Assembly: GCA_030390025.1 (NCBI GenBank)
Contig: CM059427.1
Coordinates: forward strand, 122,946,001 to 123,010,000
Origin: Squalus acanthias
Taxonomy: Eukaryota
Direction: 5' to 3'
DNA length: 64,000 nt
The translations under genes and the position numbers were made by a program. The notes under the pieces were generated by a model. It had not been told where the DNA came from and searched no databases. It saw only the letters and a list, made by a program, of their open reading frames with translations. The stretch's first letter is position 1, and each line of letters starts with the position of its first letter. Below are positions 1 through 12,455 of the stretch, one piece after another.

Positions 1-13
1 TTTACCCCTTTGA

Positions 14-462
14 ATTTATAGAGCGCCTTTCATGACCTCAGGACTTCCCAAAGCGCTTTATAGTCAATTAAATACTTTTGAAATGTAGTCACTGTTGTAA
101 TGTAGGAAATGCAGCAGCCAATTTGTGCACAGCAAGCTCCCACAAACAGCAATAAAATAAATGACCAGATCATCTGTGTTAGGTGTTGGTTAAGGGATAA
201 ATATTGGTTAGGACACTGGGGGGAATTCCCCTGTTCTTCTTTGCATAATGCCGTGGGATCTTTTATGCCCACCTGAGGGGCATGACGGGGCCTCGGTTTA
301 ACATCTCATCCAAAGGACAGCACCTCCGACAGTGCAGCACTCCCTCAGTACTGCACTGGGAGTGTCAGTCTAGATTATGTGCTCAAGTTCCTGCAGTGGG
401 ACTTGAACCCACAACCTTCTGCCCCAGAGGCGAGAGTGCTACCCACTGAGCCATGGCTGACG
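14..462 (-). mobile_element. SINE family A (DeuSINE-type, SacSINE1/AmnSINE1-like), near full length
   Basis: The minus strand reads tcagccatggctcagtgggtagcactc (A box)...ggttcaagtccc (B box), then the Deu-domain-like ggatgagatgttaaaccgaggcccc, then an L2-like tail taaagcgctttgggaagtcctgagg...aaaggcgctctataaat. Multiple copies occur in the window. Confidence 0.85.
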
Positions 463-751
463 CCTTAACATAGCAGCATGCAATGTCACTTGAAACTGCA
501 GTTGCTCTGTTGAAAATGTTATTAACAGATCCTGCGTATGTTTGTTAATGTGTACTGCAAATTGCATTTAGAAGATGCGTGACTTACTAATCAATTTAAT
601 GCTTATGGCTTATGAAAGCTTAGACACTAACTGACAAAAGAGCAAGATACAGTATTGCCAACTAATGCAATAAAACCCAGCTGAAGAATGTAGTTAATAC
701 TTTTTAAAATATGCATTATCATTGCAGCTCCCCTTTTAGATCCGTTGATCC

Positions 752-1127
752 ATTGGCTCAGTGCTAACTGCACTACCCAGTGTTGGAACTGAGTTACACA
801 GACCAGAAGATCCCAGGTTCAATCCCTGGTCTGTACTGCTAGATGATTTCACCTTGGATGGTAAAGATACTAGAATTAGCCTTAGTGCCCACGGGCTAGG
901 GTCATAAGGTGTATAGCCAGGGTTTCTGCTGCTGATCATTATCCAGCTGGGAAGTGCTCATGTTCAGGAGTAAATACAGGCTCAGACTCAATTGTGATGC
1001 TCCCTGGGTTGAATAGCCTCCCAAAATGCTCACTGTCTAGCTCACAAATGAAAGAAGGTCACTTGGGTGAGGTACCAGAATGGTGCTGCTGTCTGTGGAA
1101 CTACATCCCAGCCTGAGCCAGGAGAAA
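752..1127 (+). mobile_element. SINE family B (tRNA-headed, unnamed)
   Basis: tggctcagtg A box and cagaccagaagatcccaggttcaatccctggtctg B-box hairpin; body gaatagcc...cactgtctagctcac...cacttgggtgaggtacc shared with more than 20 loci in the window. Confidence 0.75.
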
Positions 1128-1129
1128 GC

Positions 1130-1310
1130 AGATTTGCATTTATATAAAGTGCTTCCTGAGAAACATCCCAAATACTATGAATATAATTTGAAGTGCAGTT
1201 GCTGCTGTCATGTGGGTGAATGTGGCGGCCATTTTGCACACCGCAAGGTCCCACAAACAGCAATGAGATGGGTGAGCAGTTAATCTGTTTTTCATGGTGT
1301 GGGTTGAGGC
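1130..1310 (-). mobile_element. SINE family A, 3' fragment
   Basis: ttgcatttatata...gcaaggtcccacaaacagcaatgag matches the tail of the 14-462 copy. Confidence 0.7.
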
Positions 1311-2459
1311 CAGTCAAACCAAGTCCTGGAGTGGGATTTGGAGATTTAAAAAAAAACCCTCGAACTCTTTGGTTGGATGTGCGATCTCCGAGATGTAAAT
1401 GCCAGCTTTCTTGGTAAAAAGTTTTACTCTGTTACCTGTTGACAGTTTGTTTGTTTTCCTTTTGGTAAACTGCAGGTTAACAAGTCTTCATTTAATGGCA
1501 GTTTGACTTAACTTAATTGGTGCCAAAGATTCTGAAATGCCTTGGAAGGGATTTGCGATATAATCTTAACAGCTTTACGATATTCTGAATTTACAATACG
1601 GATAAAGGCCAACTTGGCAGTGCACTGAAGGTGTTAAGTTTATTAATGAAAGAGAGTTCCATGTAAATCATTTGTAAAGACGGAGTTGGGAATGCCTGCG
1701 AGCACTCAGATTCATGTATTTTTCTAAGATGGCCTGACGCTCAACTTCAGCAATATATTTTCAAGAGACGATCCCTCCCTCTGCTTCTCCAATTCAACCT
1801 CCCCCCCCACCCCGCACCGCCAACACAATCCACAGCTTTGAAGCCCTGCTGTCATCAGCCTCAGGAAGGTCTTCACAGGATCAAAAACAAATTGAGCAGT
1901 GCAGGGCTTCCGGGCAGCTAACTAAAGAAAATATACAATCAGAGGATGTAGGCCAGCGAGCGGCAAGGCTGTCACAGCAGTAGACTTGGTCCTTCTCTTC
2001 CGCTCCTGAGCTGCACCCTGCATCTGGTCGGGTTCCAGCAATTATTGTCGAGATGTTCTAAAAACGGAGGCTGCAGGGTGATCCATAAAAGTAGCAGGAA
2101 AGACCCCTGGCTGCCTTCTTCCTTACAAAAACATGTATTATATTGTATCGCTGAAAATTTCTAAAATAGGACTTTGGCACGGGCCTTTGTTGTTGTTCCT
2201 CGCATCTTGTCTAACCGAGCAGCCGAAAGCTTTCTCTGAACAGCTCTCGGTACCTCAACCTGTTGGGTGCACACCGCGCGCCGGTGATGGAACACAATGT
2301 ACGTGTTCAGTCCCAGCCTGTCATATTCATCCGTGCTATCGAGCAACACAAAGGATGAGTGACAACAGTTCAGAATTTGTATTTGCTGAAGCTGGGAGCA
2401 CCTCTGTTCCCAACAGTTTGCCAGGAGGGACCTCCAATCAGTCGGAATGCCAAATTCCG

Positions 2460-2850
2460 TGCCCTCCCAATTTTCTTGCCTGAAGACATTGACTCCTTGC
2501 TGCAACACCAGTCACCCTCCTATACCTCAGCCAAATACCCGCTCTTCACATGAGCCAAGTCAGTAAGTAGTAAAGAAAGACTTGCATTTATATACCGCCT
2601 TTCCTGACCTCAGGATGTCCTTTGCAGCCAATGAAATACTTTTTTTTGACGTGTATTCAATATTGTAATATAGACGGCTCAACAGTGGGAAGATTTAAAG
2701 CCAAGTCCAACATCAACATGTGCCCTTTTCAGCAGCTAGCACTGGGTCGTTATCAGGAATGGGAAGCCTGGTTGATGTTTCTCCTCCTTAGCTCGGGATC
2801 ACTGAAGCCAACTGTACCCAATCACGACTGCTCAGTTCCACACTGGGCGA
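2460..2850 (-). mobile_element. Degenerate SINE B interrupted by a SINE A tail fragment (about 2572-2668)
   Basis: cctgaagacattgactccttgctg...ctcttcacatgagcc is the reverse complement of the B 3' end; aaagaaagacttgcatttatataccgcctttc is the reverse complement of the A tail. Confidence 0.55.
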
Positions 2851-3794
2851 CATACTTAACAATACTGCATTAAAATTCTACATACCCAATCTTGATTATA
2901 CTGGAGGGTTTGGGAAGGGGGTAAGTGAATGACCAGAGAAGATGAAGGAAAAACACTGGAGAAGCCACCAGAGCGTTACACGTGTCCTAATAGCCAAGCA
3001 AGCAGCGACCATTGCCAGAGAGCTGGGAGCAGGTGACCTCTCCCCGTGCTCCATTCCCAGACAAAATTGCACGACGCGGGAAGAATGAAATGATGAAAGC
3101 GATAAAAGCACATTTAAAATGGGGACTTTTCTTTCTAATAATTTTGTGATATTAATTTTATATCTTAAGATGTGTGCGTCGTGACAGTTGGATCATTCGG
3201 GATCACTGCACGTTTTCCCGGTTGCCCTTTGCCTCATTTTTGAGTCAAACTCCAAAGATTTCCTGTTATCCTTTTCCAAAAAAAAGCTTTAACTTTATTC
3301 AAATTGATAAGATTTTAAAGAAAAAAGGCTAACTGAGCGAATGCTTGTGAGTGCTGTAATATTCTGTCTCTCGTCACAGTGCAGCTGCTTGCTGTTTATC
3401 TGCTTGTTGCAATTGCCGTGCTGTCCCAGACCCCCCGAGGATTGGAGGCCTCTTTGTAGGCCTTGTTACGGTGGGCAATACAGTTTCCTTGTTTGTTTGA
3501 TTTTCACGATCCATTTTAGTCACGTAAACAACAGTTTTCCTTCTCCTTTTGTCAGCACGAGTGGAAGTCATTGAGAATCTGTTCAAATGGGACTTTCCTC
3601 ATTAGGACAGAAACTTCAACTTAGGCTCTATGTCGGTATGGGGGAGGAGCTGAAAGGATTAAAAAATATTATTGTGTGAAAACCTTCAAATCAAAAATTT
3701 TCTCGGCATTTTGTTCCAACATGAACAGACTCGTTTATTTTCCCTTAATCTGATTGAGCGTTTGGTTGATCACATACCAGTCTGGCTCCTGTTT

Positions 3795-4090
3795 CACAAA
3801 GATCACATAGATAAGGGCATATGAGGGAGACCATTCAATCCACCACAGCGTCCAACTGGTTCTTGAATGATTCCAGAGCTTTTGCCTCCACTACCCTACC
3901 CAGAAGGCCATTCCAGGTATCCGTTACTCCTAATGTGAAGAAGTGCTTCTTGACATTAGTCTTGAACCTGCTTCTTACCAGATGTACTTATATCGTGTAA
4001 TCCTGCAGTCGTGGTTTAACTTGGAATAGTGCTCAAAATTGACCTTTTCCATTCCACTCTATCTCATATACCTCTATAAGTTCTCCTCTC
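3795..4090 (-). mobile_element. CR1-clade LINE 3' fragment, degenerate
   Basis: Minus strand gtcaagaagcacttcttcacattaggagtaacggatacctggaatggcc (FF..R...WN-type motif of the CR1 ORF2 end). Confidence 0.6.
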
Positions 4091-4299
4091 ATCCCACAGG
4101 GGACTATGCCACTAGTAATGCCCAAAAAATTGGTAATGTTTCTTTAAGAGTGTCCTGGGATTGTTGCATCCCCTTTAGGTACTGCATTTGTAATCTACTT
4201 GCTTTGCTTAAATATATAATCAAAGAGAGAGACAGGGTCAAACCAGTTGTACAATGAATGCAGAGGGAGCAGAGTAAAAAAAGTTCTGGTCGCTTTGAG

Positions 4300-4790
4300 T
4301 TCTGAGCCCAGTTCTGGCCGCAGAAATACAAGAGAGACATTCAAGTGCTGGAGGCAGTGCAGAGAAGAGGCTCGAGACTGATCCCTAGTGTCAGGGGTCT
4401 GAGGTATGAGGAAAGACTGGAGAGACTTGAGCTTTTTGGACTGCAAAGGAGACAACTGGGAGGTAATTTTCTAAAGATAGGCAAGATAATTAAGGGAGTG
4501 GAAAAGGTAATTACTTTAAATTAAATTGTCAAAGTAGGACAAAGAGGGACCACAGGTTCAAACTAGTAATAGACCAAATTTAGGACCAATATCATGAAGT
4601 TTTTCTTCACACAAAGAGTGACCAACACACAGAACGGACTTCCATTAGATAGCGTAGTGGAGGCAAAAAACCTGGAATCATTGAAGAAACAATTAGATGC
4701 AGCGATGGAGAGAGTGTAGGGTCTTTCTGGTTGGATGTATTAAGATGGGCCGAATGGCTGGGCTCATCCGCAAGTGTCCTGTGATCTTGT
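4300..4790 (+). mobile_element. CR1-clade LINE 3' fragment (ORF2 C-terminus remnant plus 3' UTR)
   Basis: Encodes DIQVLEAVQRRGSRLIPSVRGLRYEERLERL, and later ttcttcacacaaagagtg (FFTQRV); ends with the gatgggccgaatggc CR1-type tail. Confidence 0.85.
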
Positions 4791-5794
4791 AAAGGCCATT
4801 TACATTATAGGGAATACCCTCGCCTGTATGTTGCCCACAATTCTTCACTACTCGATGGCAAGACGAGAACTCAGAAAATCTGGCCTGGTTGTGGGAAAAC
4901 AACATCAAACCAAATCAGTGCACGGCTCTCTTGGACTTATATGATTCTTTGCCTTGGAAGCTGATTCAGTAAACAGGCCTCTAGGAGAACAGAGGCAAAG
5001 GATAATAGAGATGATTCTTCATTGGCCCTAAGGAGTGCGCCGCCGACCTCCGAAAGAAATCCGCACTTACCTGGTGCGAGGCTCCCTTTGAAAACTTGCG
5101 TTGTTTCAGTGTGGAGTTGAGCACAGCGTAGTGGCCCACGGATCCCAGGAGCGCACCGTGTGCGTAAGCGTACCTGGGATCATGCGGGGCGGTGCGCCAA
5201 TCAGGAAACAGAAATCTCCAATGCCCGACATCAATCAAATTTGAAACTAAATGGTATGAATATTGATTTGAAAGATGACTTATCACTCCCACTGTAAATA
5301 ATAATGATAATCATTAAAACGCTCAGGCTAAACTGGCAAGGAATCATTTTTGTAAAATAAACACGGATCCCTTTTTCAGGATCTGTCCAGTTTTACTTAC
5401 ATAGAGTGAAATGAATAAAAACAACAATTATTCAAAGCAAGGTGCGGCAAAGAAATATTAGGCAACAAATCCTGTTTCAACAATATCCAATTACTTTATT
5501 AAGCAAAAAGTCTGGTGGCTGGGAATAATTCGTAATCAGAGTGATGGACAGCACAGTGAGAGCAATACAAAGTAATGGCAGTATTTGTATGGCAATACAA
5601 ATCTATGTTGAAATTTAAAACGGTATGGACAACTACCCCCCTCCCCTTACACTGTACAAGCAGGCTCCTGCGCCTGTTTGCACCAGCCGTAAAATTTTCA
5701 AGTGTACTTGCTGGGCAGTTGGTGGGCAATGAGCCCAACACTGCGCCAGCAATGAGGATTTCACAGTCTCAGCAGATGATCTGTCAAGTCGGAA

Positions 5795-5930
5795 CTTGGC
5801 AGATCGCAAGTTCGGGATCTAGCGCATGCGCAAGTGCATGTGGAAATCCCGAGCTTGCGGTCAATTTCAAAGGCAGTATGACGGCGTACTCTGAGAGTAT
5901 GCTGTCATACTGACCGCAAATTCTGCGCCA
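5795..5930. mobile_element. Hairpin-rich end of a MITE-like element
   Basis: Two adjacent inverted repeats (5802-5818/5846-5862 and 5874-5891/5895-5912), ending gaccgcaaattctgcgcc. Confidence 0.45.
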
Positions 5931-6065
5931 TTATTTAAAAAAAAGTGTCTTAAATTTTAAAGACTACTCAACCACCAAGAAAAGTGCAATGCCTATTGTA
6001 ATAAAACAATGGGTAGATTATGCCACCATGGACAAGTGAAAGGTGTGTAAATGAAGCTATACAGA

Positions 6066-8584
6066 TGACTCAGTACCACACCAGGCTGTGAGACTCAGTA
6101 CCACACCAGGCTGTGAGACTCAGTACCACACCAGGCTGTAGGGCTCAGTACCACACCAGGCTGTGAGACTCAGTACCACACCAGGCTGTGAGACTCAGTA
6201 CCACACCAGGCTGTAGGGCTCAGTACCACACCAGGCTGTGAGACTCAGTACCACACCAGGCTGTGAGACTCAGTACCACACCAGGCTGTAGGGCTCAGTA
6301 CCACACCAGGCTGTAGGGCTCAGTACCACACCAGGCTGTAGGGCTCAGTACCACACCAGGCCGAATAGCTCAGTACCACACCAGGCTGTAGGGCTCAGTA
6401 CCACACCAGGCTGTGTGACTCAGTACCACACCAGGCTGTGTGACTCAGTACCACACCAGGCTGTGTGACTCAGTACCACACCAGGCTGTGTGACTCAGTA
6501 CCACACCAGGCTGTGAGACTCAGTACCACACCAGGCTGTGAGACTAAGTACCACACCAGGCTGTGTGACTCAGTACCACACCAGGCTGTGTGACTCAGTA
6601 CCACACCAGGCTGTGTGACTCAGTACCACACCAGGCTGTGAGACTCAGTACCACACCAGGCTGTAAGGCTCAGTACCACACCAGGCTGTGAGACTCAGTA
6701 CCACACCAGGCTGTGAGACTCAGTACCACACCAGGCTGTGTGACTCAGTACCACACCAGGCTGTAGGGCTTAGTACCACACCAGGCCGAATAGCTCAGTA
6801 CCACACCAGGCTGTGTGACTCAGTACCACACCAGGCTGTGAGACTCAGTACCACACCAGGCTGTAAGGCTCAGTACCACACCAGGCTGTGAGACTCAGTA
6901 CCACACCAGGCTGTGAGACTCAGTACCACACCAGGCTGTGTGACTCAGTACCACACCAGGCTGTGAGACTCAGTACCACACCAGGCCGAATAGCTCAGTA
7001 CCACACCAGGCTGTGTGACTCAGTACCACACCAGGCTGTGTGACTGAGTACCACACCAGGCCGAATAGCTCAGTACCACACCAGGCTGTGTGACTCAGTA
7101 CCACACCAGGCTGTGAGACTCAGTACCACACCAGGCTGTGAGACTCAGTACCACACCAGGCCGAATAGCTCAGTACCACACCAGGCTGTGTGACTCAGTA
7201 CCACACCAGGCTGTGTGACTCAGTACCACACCAGGCCGAATAGCTCAGTACCACACCAGGCTGTGTGACTCAGTACCACACCAGGCTGTAGGGCTCAGTA
7301 CCACACCAGGCTGTGTGACTCAGTACCACACCAGGCTGTGTGACTCAGTACCACACCAGGCTGTAGGGCTCAGTACCACACCAGGCTGTGTGACTCAGTA
7401 CCACACCAGGCCGAATAGCTCAGTACCACACCAGGCTGTAGGGCTCAGTACCACACCAGGCTGTGAGACTCAGTACCACACCAGGCTGTGTGACTCAGTA
7501 CCACACCAGGCTGTAGGGCTCAGTACCACACCAGGCTGTGTGACTCAGTACCACACCAGGCTGTAGGGCTCAGTACCACACCAGGCTGTGAGACTCAGTA
7601 CCACACCAGGCTGTAGGGCTCAGTACCACACCAGGCTGTAGGGCTCAGTACCACACCAGGCTGTGAGACTCAGTACCACACCAGGCTGTAGGGCTCAGTA
7701 CCACACCAGGCTGTGTGCCTCAGTACCACACCAGGCCGAATAGCTCAGTACCACACCAGGCTGTGTGACTCAGTACCACACCAGGCTGTGTGACTCAGTA
7801 CCACAGCAGGCCGAATAGCTCAGTACCACACCAGGCTGCGAGACTCAGTACCACACCAGGCTGTGTGACTCAGTACCACACCAGGCTGTGTGACTCAGTA
7901 CCACACCAGGCTGTAGGGCTCAGTACCACACCAGGCTGTAGGGCTCAGTACCACACCAGGCTGTGTGACTCAGTACCACACCAGGCTGTGAGACTCAGTA
8001 CCACACCAGGCTGTGAGACTCAGTACCACACCAGGCCGAATAGCTCAGTACCACACCAGGCTGTGAGACTCAGTACCACACCAGGCTGTAGGGCTCAGTA
8101 CCACACCAGGCTGTGAGACTCAGTACCACACCAGGCTGTAGGGCTCAGTACCACACCAGGCTGTGTGACTCAGTACCACACCAGGCTGTGAGACTCAGTA
8201 CCACACCAGGCTGTGAGACTCAGTACCACACCAGGCTGTAGGGCTCAGTACCACACCAGGCTGTGTGACTCAGTACCACACCAGGCTGTGAGACTCAGTA
8301 CCACACCAGGCTGTAGGGCTCAGTACCACACCAGGCTGTAGGGCTCAGTACCACACCAGGCCGAATAGCTCAGTACCACACCAGGCTGTGAGACTCAGTA
8401 CCACACCAGGCTGTAGGGCTCAGTACCACACCAGGCTGTGTGACTCAGTACCACACCAGGCTGTGAGACTCAGTACCACACCAGGCTGTGAGACTCAGTA
8501 CCACACCAGGCTGTGAGACTCAGTACCACACCAGGCTGTAGGGCTCAGTACCACACCAGGCCGAATAGCTCAGTACCACACCAG
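6066..8584. repeat. Minisatellite, 25-bp unit, about 101 copies
   Basis: Constant ctcagtaccacaccagg plus an 8-nt variable part (ctgtgaga, ctgtgtga, ctgtaggg, ccgaatag, ctgtaagg). Phase is exact from 6071 to 8571. Confidence 0.99.
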
Positions 8585-9579
8585 TAAACCGCTGGGGCAG
8601 CTGGCTTTAATACATCATTTTGGACTTAACCAGCAGCTGGAGTCTAAAAAAATGTGCCTGGACACTTGCAAAGAAAGAACAACAAGCAGGAATAGTTGCT
8701 GGATAATGCTGGGAGGGGTCTGGATAATATTACATGGAGCAATTGAGTAGAAAGAAGAAACAGATTGAGGGCAAGAGAAAGAGCTGGAGTGGGAGGGAGA
8801 GATGGTAATTGAGCATTAGAGATCACAACACATGAAGATAGATCTGACAGCTTGAGTTCCATAGAACCCTAGATGATGACAAAATAAATTTCCTGTCTGT
8901 GGTAGTTATCTTTCACCTTAAGCCCCCACTTACAATCTCTTATCCCTTCATTGAGTAGCTCTGAGTCAATCCCGACATGGCATGTGGGTGAGCAGAGGGC
9001 AAACACATAGCAGAATGCAAAACGCTGTAGTCCAGCGATTGACAAAACCCTTCAGCTGTACATGTGCAGCGTTCCAGTAGACTAAATAGTTATATTCTTG
9101 TGAAAAGGCTGAGGTGAGGAGATTGTTACTGTATCAGATACAGACACTTATGGGATTTGACTAATGAATTCCCCAATCTTTTTGGATTACTTCCTTTTGT
9201 TGGAGGATTCTGGCGAGATGTCAGAGGCTGACAGAATGCAGGAGGCTGGAAATTCTTGCTTGTTTGCAGTGAGCTACTTCAAGAGGTGCTGCACTGTAAG
9301 GGACAGCAGGCCTCTGTGACAGACCGGGTCTGGCGTTTGTTGGGTCACACTTTTTCTTTCCGTGAGTCTGCTTTTCTTGAAGTCCGCTAGTGCTTTTTTT
9401 TGTTGGTTTGCTTGCTGACTGTTTCACATTGTCCCCATCATGCAGTGAGCTGTAGTGCTTAGCTTTTCCCTTGCAGAACAATTTATATCAGGAAACAACT
9501 AAAGGCTTTTAAGTGGTAGCTTGTAGGCCTGTCGAATTATTTTTTGCAGAGATAAATTGGCCAGTTCCCTCCCTGCCAG

Positions 9580-9745
9580 TGTTCTCCCTGAAGGTGCTGC
9601 CTCTTGCCGAGACGTGGCTCCGTGGCCACTGGCAGTCCGACTATACATCGTCCAGGTGGCTATTCTTCGTGTGTGAGCCCAGACAGTGAGTGCCCAGAAG
9701 CTAGTCAATTCCAGAGGGCATTACTGCCGAGACCCTGCCCTCAGC
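9580..9745 (-). mobile_element. SINE B 3' part (host of the family C insertion)
   Basis: cctgaaggtgctg...caggtggctattcttcgtgtgtgagcccagacagtgagtg is the reverse complement of the B body. Confidence 0.65.
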
Positions 9746-10157
9746 TTTTTTTTAATTCATTCACAGGATGTGGGCGTCGCTGGCAGGGCCAGCTTTTATT
9801 GCCCATCCCTAATTGCCCTTGAGAAGGTGGTGGTGAGCCGCCTAATGCTGGGCCATTTCAGAGGGCAGTTAAGAGTCAACCACATTGCTGTGGGTCTGGA
9901 ATCACATATAGGCCAGACCGGGTAAGGACGGCAGATTTCCTTCCCTAAAGTGGACATTAGTGAACCAGATGGGTTTTTATGACAATCCGGTGGTTTCATG
10001 GTCACCATTACTGATACTGGCATTTTATACCAGATTTATTTAATTGAATTTAAATTCTCCATCTGCCATGGTGGGATTTGAACTCATGTCTCCAGATCAT
10101 TAGTCCAGGCCTCTGGATCACTAGTCCAGTAACATAACCAATATGCTACCGTACCCC
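9746..10157 (-). mobile_element. SINE family C (tRNA head, MetaSINE-like core, LINE-derived tail)
   Basis: Minus strand: gggtacggtagcatattggttatgttactggactag...gagttcaaatcccacc head, core ggttcactaatgtcc..tttagggaaggaaatctgcc, tail tagggatgggcaataaa...gccagcgacgcccacatcc plus poly(A). The Meta-domain label is from memory only. Confidence 0.75.
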
Positions 10158-10204
10158 TGATGTACACACATTGACCCCTCGACCTTGCAGGAGGCATTGA
10201 ATAG

Positions 10205-10497
10205 CAACTTTGGTGGTAGGGTTACCACAATTGGCATTAGCGCCCCCTGGAGTAGGGAGGTGGGTAAAAATAAAATCACCCGGTGCCCCAGCTGGTAGTC
10301 CCACTTGTGTGGACATTGGGTAAGTGCAGGATTGTGCTTGGCTGTGGTACCCCATGGTTGAATAGCTTGCTCCCACTCACTGTCTAGACTCACGCATGTG
10401 AATAATGGCCATGTGGGTGAGGTTCTGGAGGGCACCCTACACCATGGAACCGACCCTCCAACAAAAGAGTTGATAGTTTCAGGAGTGAAGGGGAGAA
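10205..10497 (+). mobile_element. SINE B, 5'-truncated
   Basis: acaattggcattagcgccccctgg...gaatagcttgc...cactgtctagactcac...aatggccatgtgggtgagg. Confidence 0.7.
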
Positions 10498-12283
10498 ACG
10501 TGGGCATGTGTGGGTGTTGGTTGAGGACAGAGTCATATTTGGACCCCACAGTTTGGAATACCCTGCCCATACTAGCAATTCAGGGCTCACACATAAATAG
10601 CAGCCACCAGCGTGGAGGGCTGCCGATGCCTGTGGAACCACAGCCCAGTAAGATTCCGTGCTGGAGGGGAGTAAAAGGGTAAGCGCTCCCATATTGTGTA
10701 AACAAGGCTTCCTGTAGGACCTGGAAACAAGAGAAGAATCTCAGTCTGGATCCAAAGGACGGCTACTACTCAGTTCCAAACACAGGGCTGCGGTGGGCGT
10801 GAAACGGTTAAAAGATCATTTTCTTCAGTGGGGAAAAAAAAAAAATCTCAAAATCCACAGGATTTTTTTTTTGTACCACATGATGAATTCTGATATACAA
10901 CAGCAGTGTCATTCACACAGGAAAGCATCCATCAACTGTCTGCAAGTCGTCAATAATCACCTTCTATTACGATCATATTGCATCTTTAAAGTAGATGGCA
11001 CAAGTCCAACTTTTCTTCATTCCTGCACTTCCTGTACACTTGGAGCATACACTGCACAATCTGCTGTATTAGATTTTTTTTGGAGAGAGGGAATGAGAAG
11101 AAAAAGTATCTCATAAATAACGCAGGGCAGGTCAAGAAAACCAACACGGCCTGCAGGAAAATGTCAAGAAATCTCGTGCTGTTATGTGGACCTTGCTAAG
11201 CTGCCTAGTGATGTTGCCTGTCAGCACTCACCTCACACTTCCGAAGTTATTTTTTGTTGGGGGGGGTGGTGGGGAGGGATGGATTGAGTCTTTTGGAAAT
11301 GGGTGACACTGTGAGGGAAGAGTGGGATGAGGCATTGCTGAAGGATTGACAAGATGGGAGAGTTGGGTTTGGAGGTATTACCACAGGTTAAAGCAAAACA
11401 AAAAGTTTCCTCACGACCCTCTCTCATTATAGCCTTGCCAGCCTGTGTGTCATCTGTCCCTATCTATGACCTATCTATGTTTTAGTAAGAAAGTGCTGGA
11501 AGATTGAGCTTCTGTGTCCAAGCAAAAGGTTGTCAGCATCTCTGACGCTCAGTTGGTGAAGAGACTGTTATGTATGGAGCTGAGCCATTAGGAGTGGATG
11601 TGTTGCAGGGTCCACTTCCAGACCGTGCTGAGTTAGCTGATCACATCTGGAGCAGCTGTAGAGGCACTACAATTGGCTACAATGTCCCTGGGCAAGGAAG
11701 GGGGAAAAAAATCAGCCAGTCTTATTGTTGCCCACTGACGCCAACATGTGTGATGCCGGTTAAGAATTAGAACAGTATATCTTGACTGCTGCTCTATCAA
11801 GGCACTTGTTCTACAGCATCTCATTTAACAATTTACTGGAAATCTGTTCTATCGTACTTCCATGTGGCTTACTGGGTAAATGTACTGGAGTTGTGATCTT
11901 CCTGGTCAATATGGGGTCGTGCTTCAGTGGGTTAGGCAGCCAGAAACCCCTGTTTGGAAGTATGTACAGGTGGGCACTGAAGGTAATAGCAGGGTCAGCT
12001 ATGATGCCATTCACTATTGAATAACCTGCTAGCATTCACTGTCTATGCTCATGAACAATGGCCACTTAGGTACGGTGGAGAGGCCGCTGGTATTCTGGGA
12101 CACAGATCCCAGCAAGAGTTAATACCTTTAGGAGAGAAGGAGAGAGAGGCGGCAAAATAAAATCTTTCGGTCATATGGTTTATGGGTTCTCTTCTCATCT
12201 ATCTCGACATAAGTTAATGTTCACGCACACACACACACTCCAAAATGTCTCACTGTTGCAGCTCTTTACGAAGAAAAATAAGT

Positions 12284-12455
12284 ATGATATTAAACCCGAT
12301 GTAATAATAAACCCAGTGTGATATTAAACCCAGTGTGATATTAAACCCAGTGAAATGTTAAACCCAGTGAAATGTTAAACCCAGTGAAATGCTAAACCCA
12401 GTGTGATATTAAACCTAGTGAAATGTTAAACCCAGTGTAACGCTAAAGCCAGTGT
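12284..12455. repeat. Short tandem repeat, 17-bp unit, about 10 copies
   Basis: taaacccagtgtgatat / taaacccagtgaaatgt repeated. Confidence 0.92.

Noticed and set aside
5030-5225. CpG-rich patch with GC box, CCAAT and a minus-strand CAG|GTAAGT as promoter or first exon
   Set aside because: It has an internal inverted repeat (gatcccagg/cctgggatc) and resembles MITE interiors; no supporting downstream exon was found. Not excluded, only unsupported.
6688-8116. ORFs with QYHTRL/STTPG/VPHQA repeats
   Set aside because: Translations of the 25-bp unit cycling through frames; stops recur and there is no gene structure.
6066-8584. CRISPR-like look (constant repeat plus variable spacer)
   Set aside because: The variable part is only 8 nt and is reused from about 5 states; there are no unique spacers, leader or cas genes, and the context is vertebrate.
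10238-10256. CTCF-like motif (minus strand ctccagggggcgcta)
   Set aside because: It lies in one SINE B copy, has mismatches to consensus, and is not retained in most other copies.
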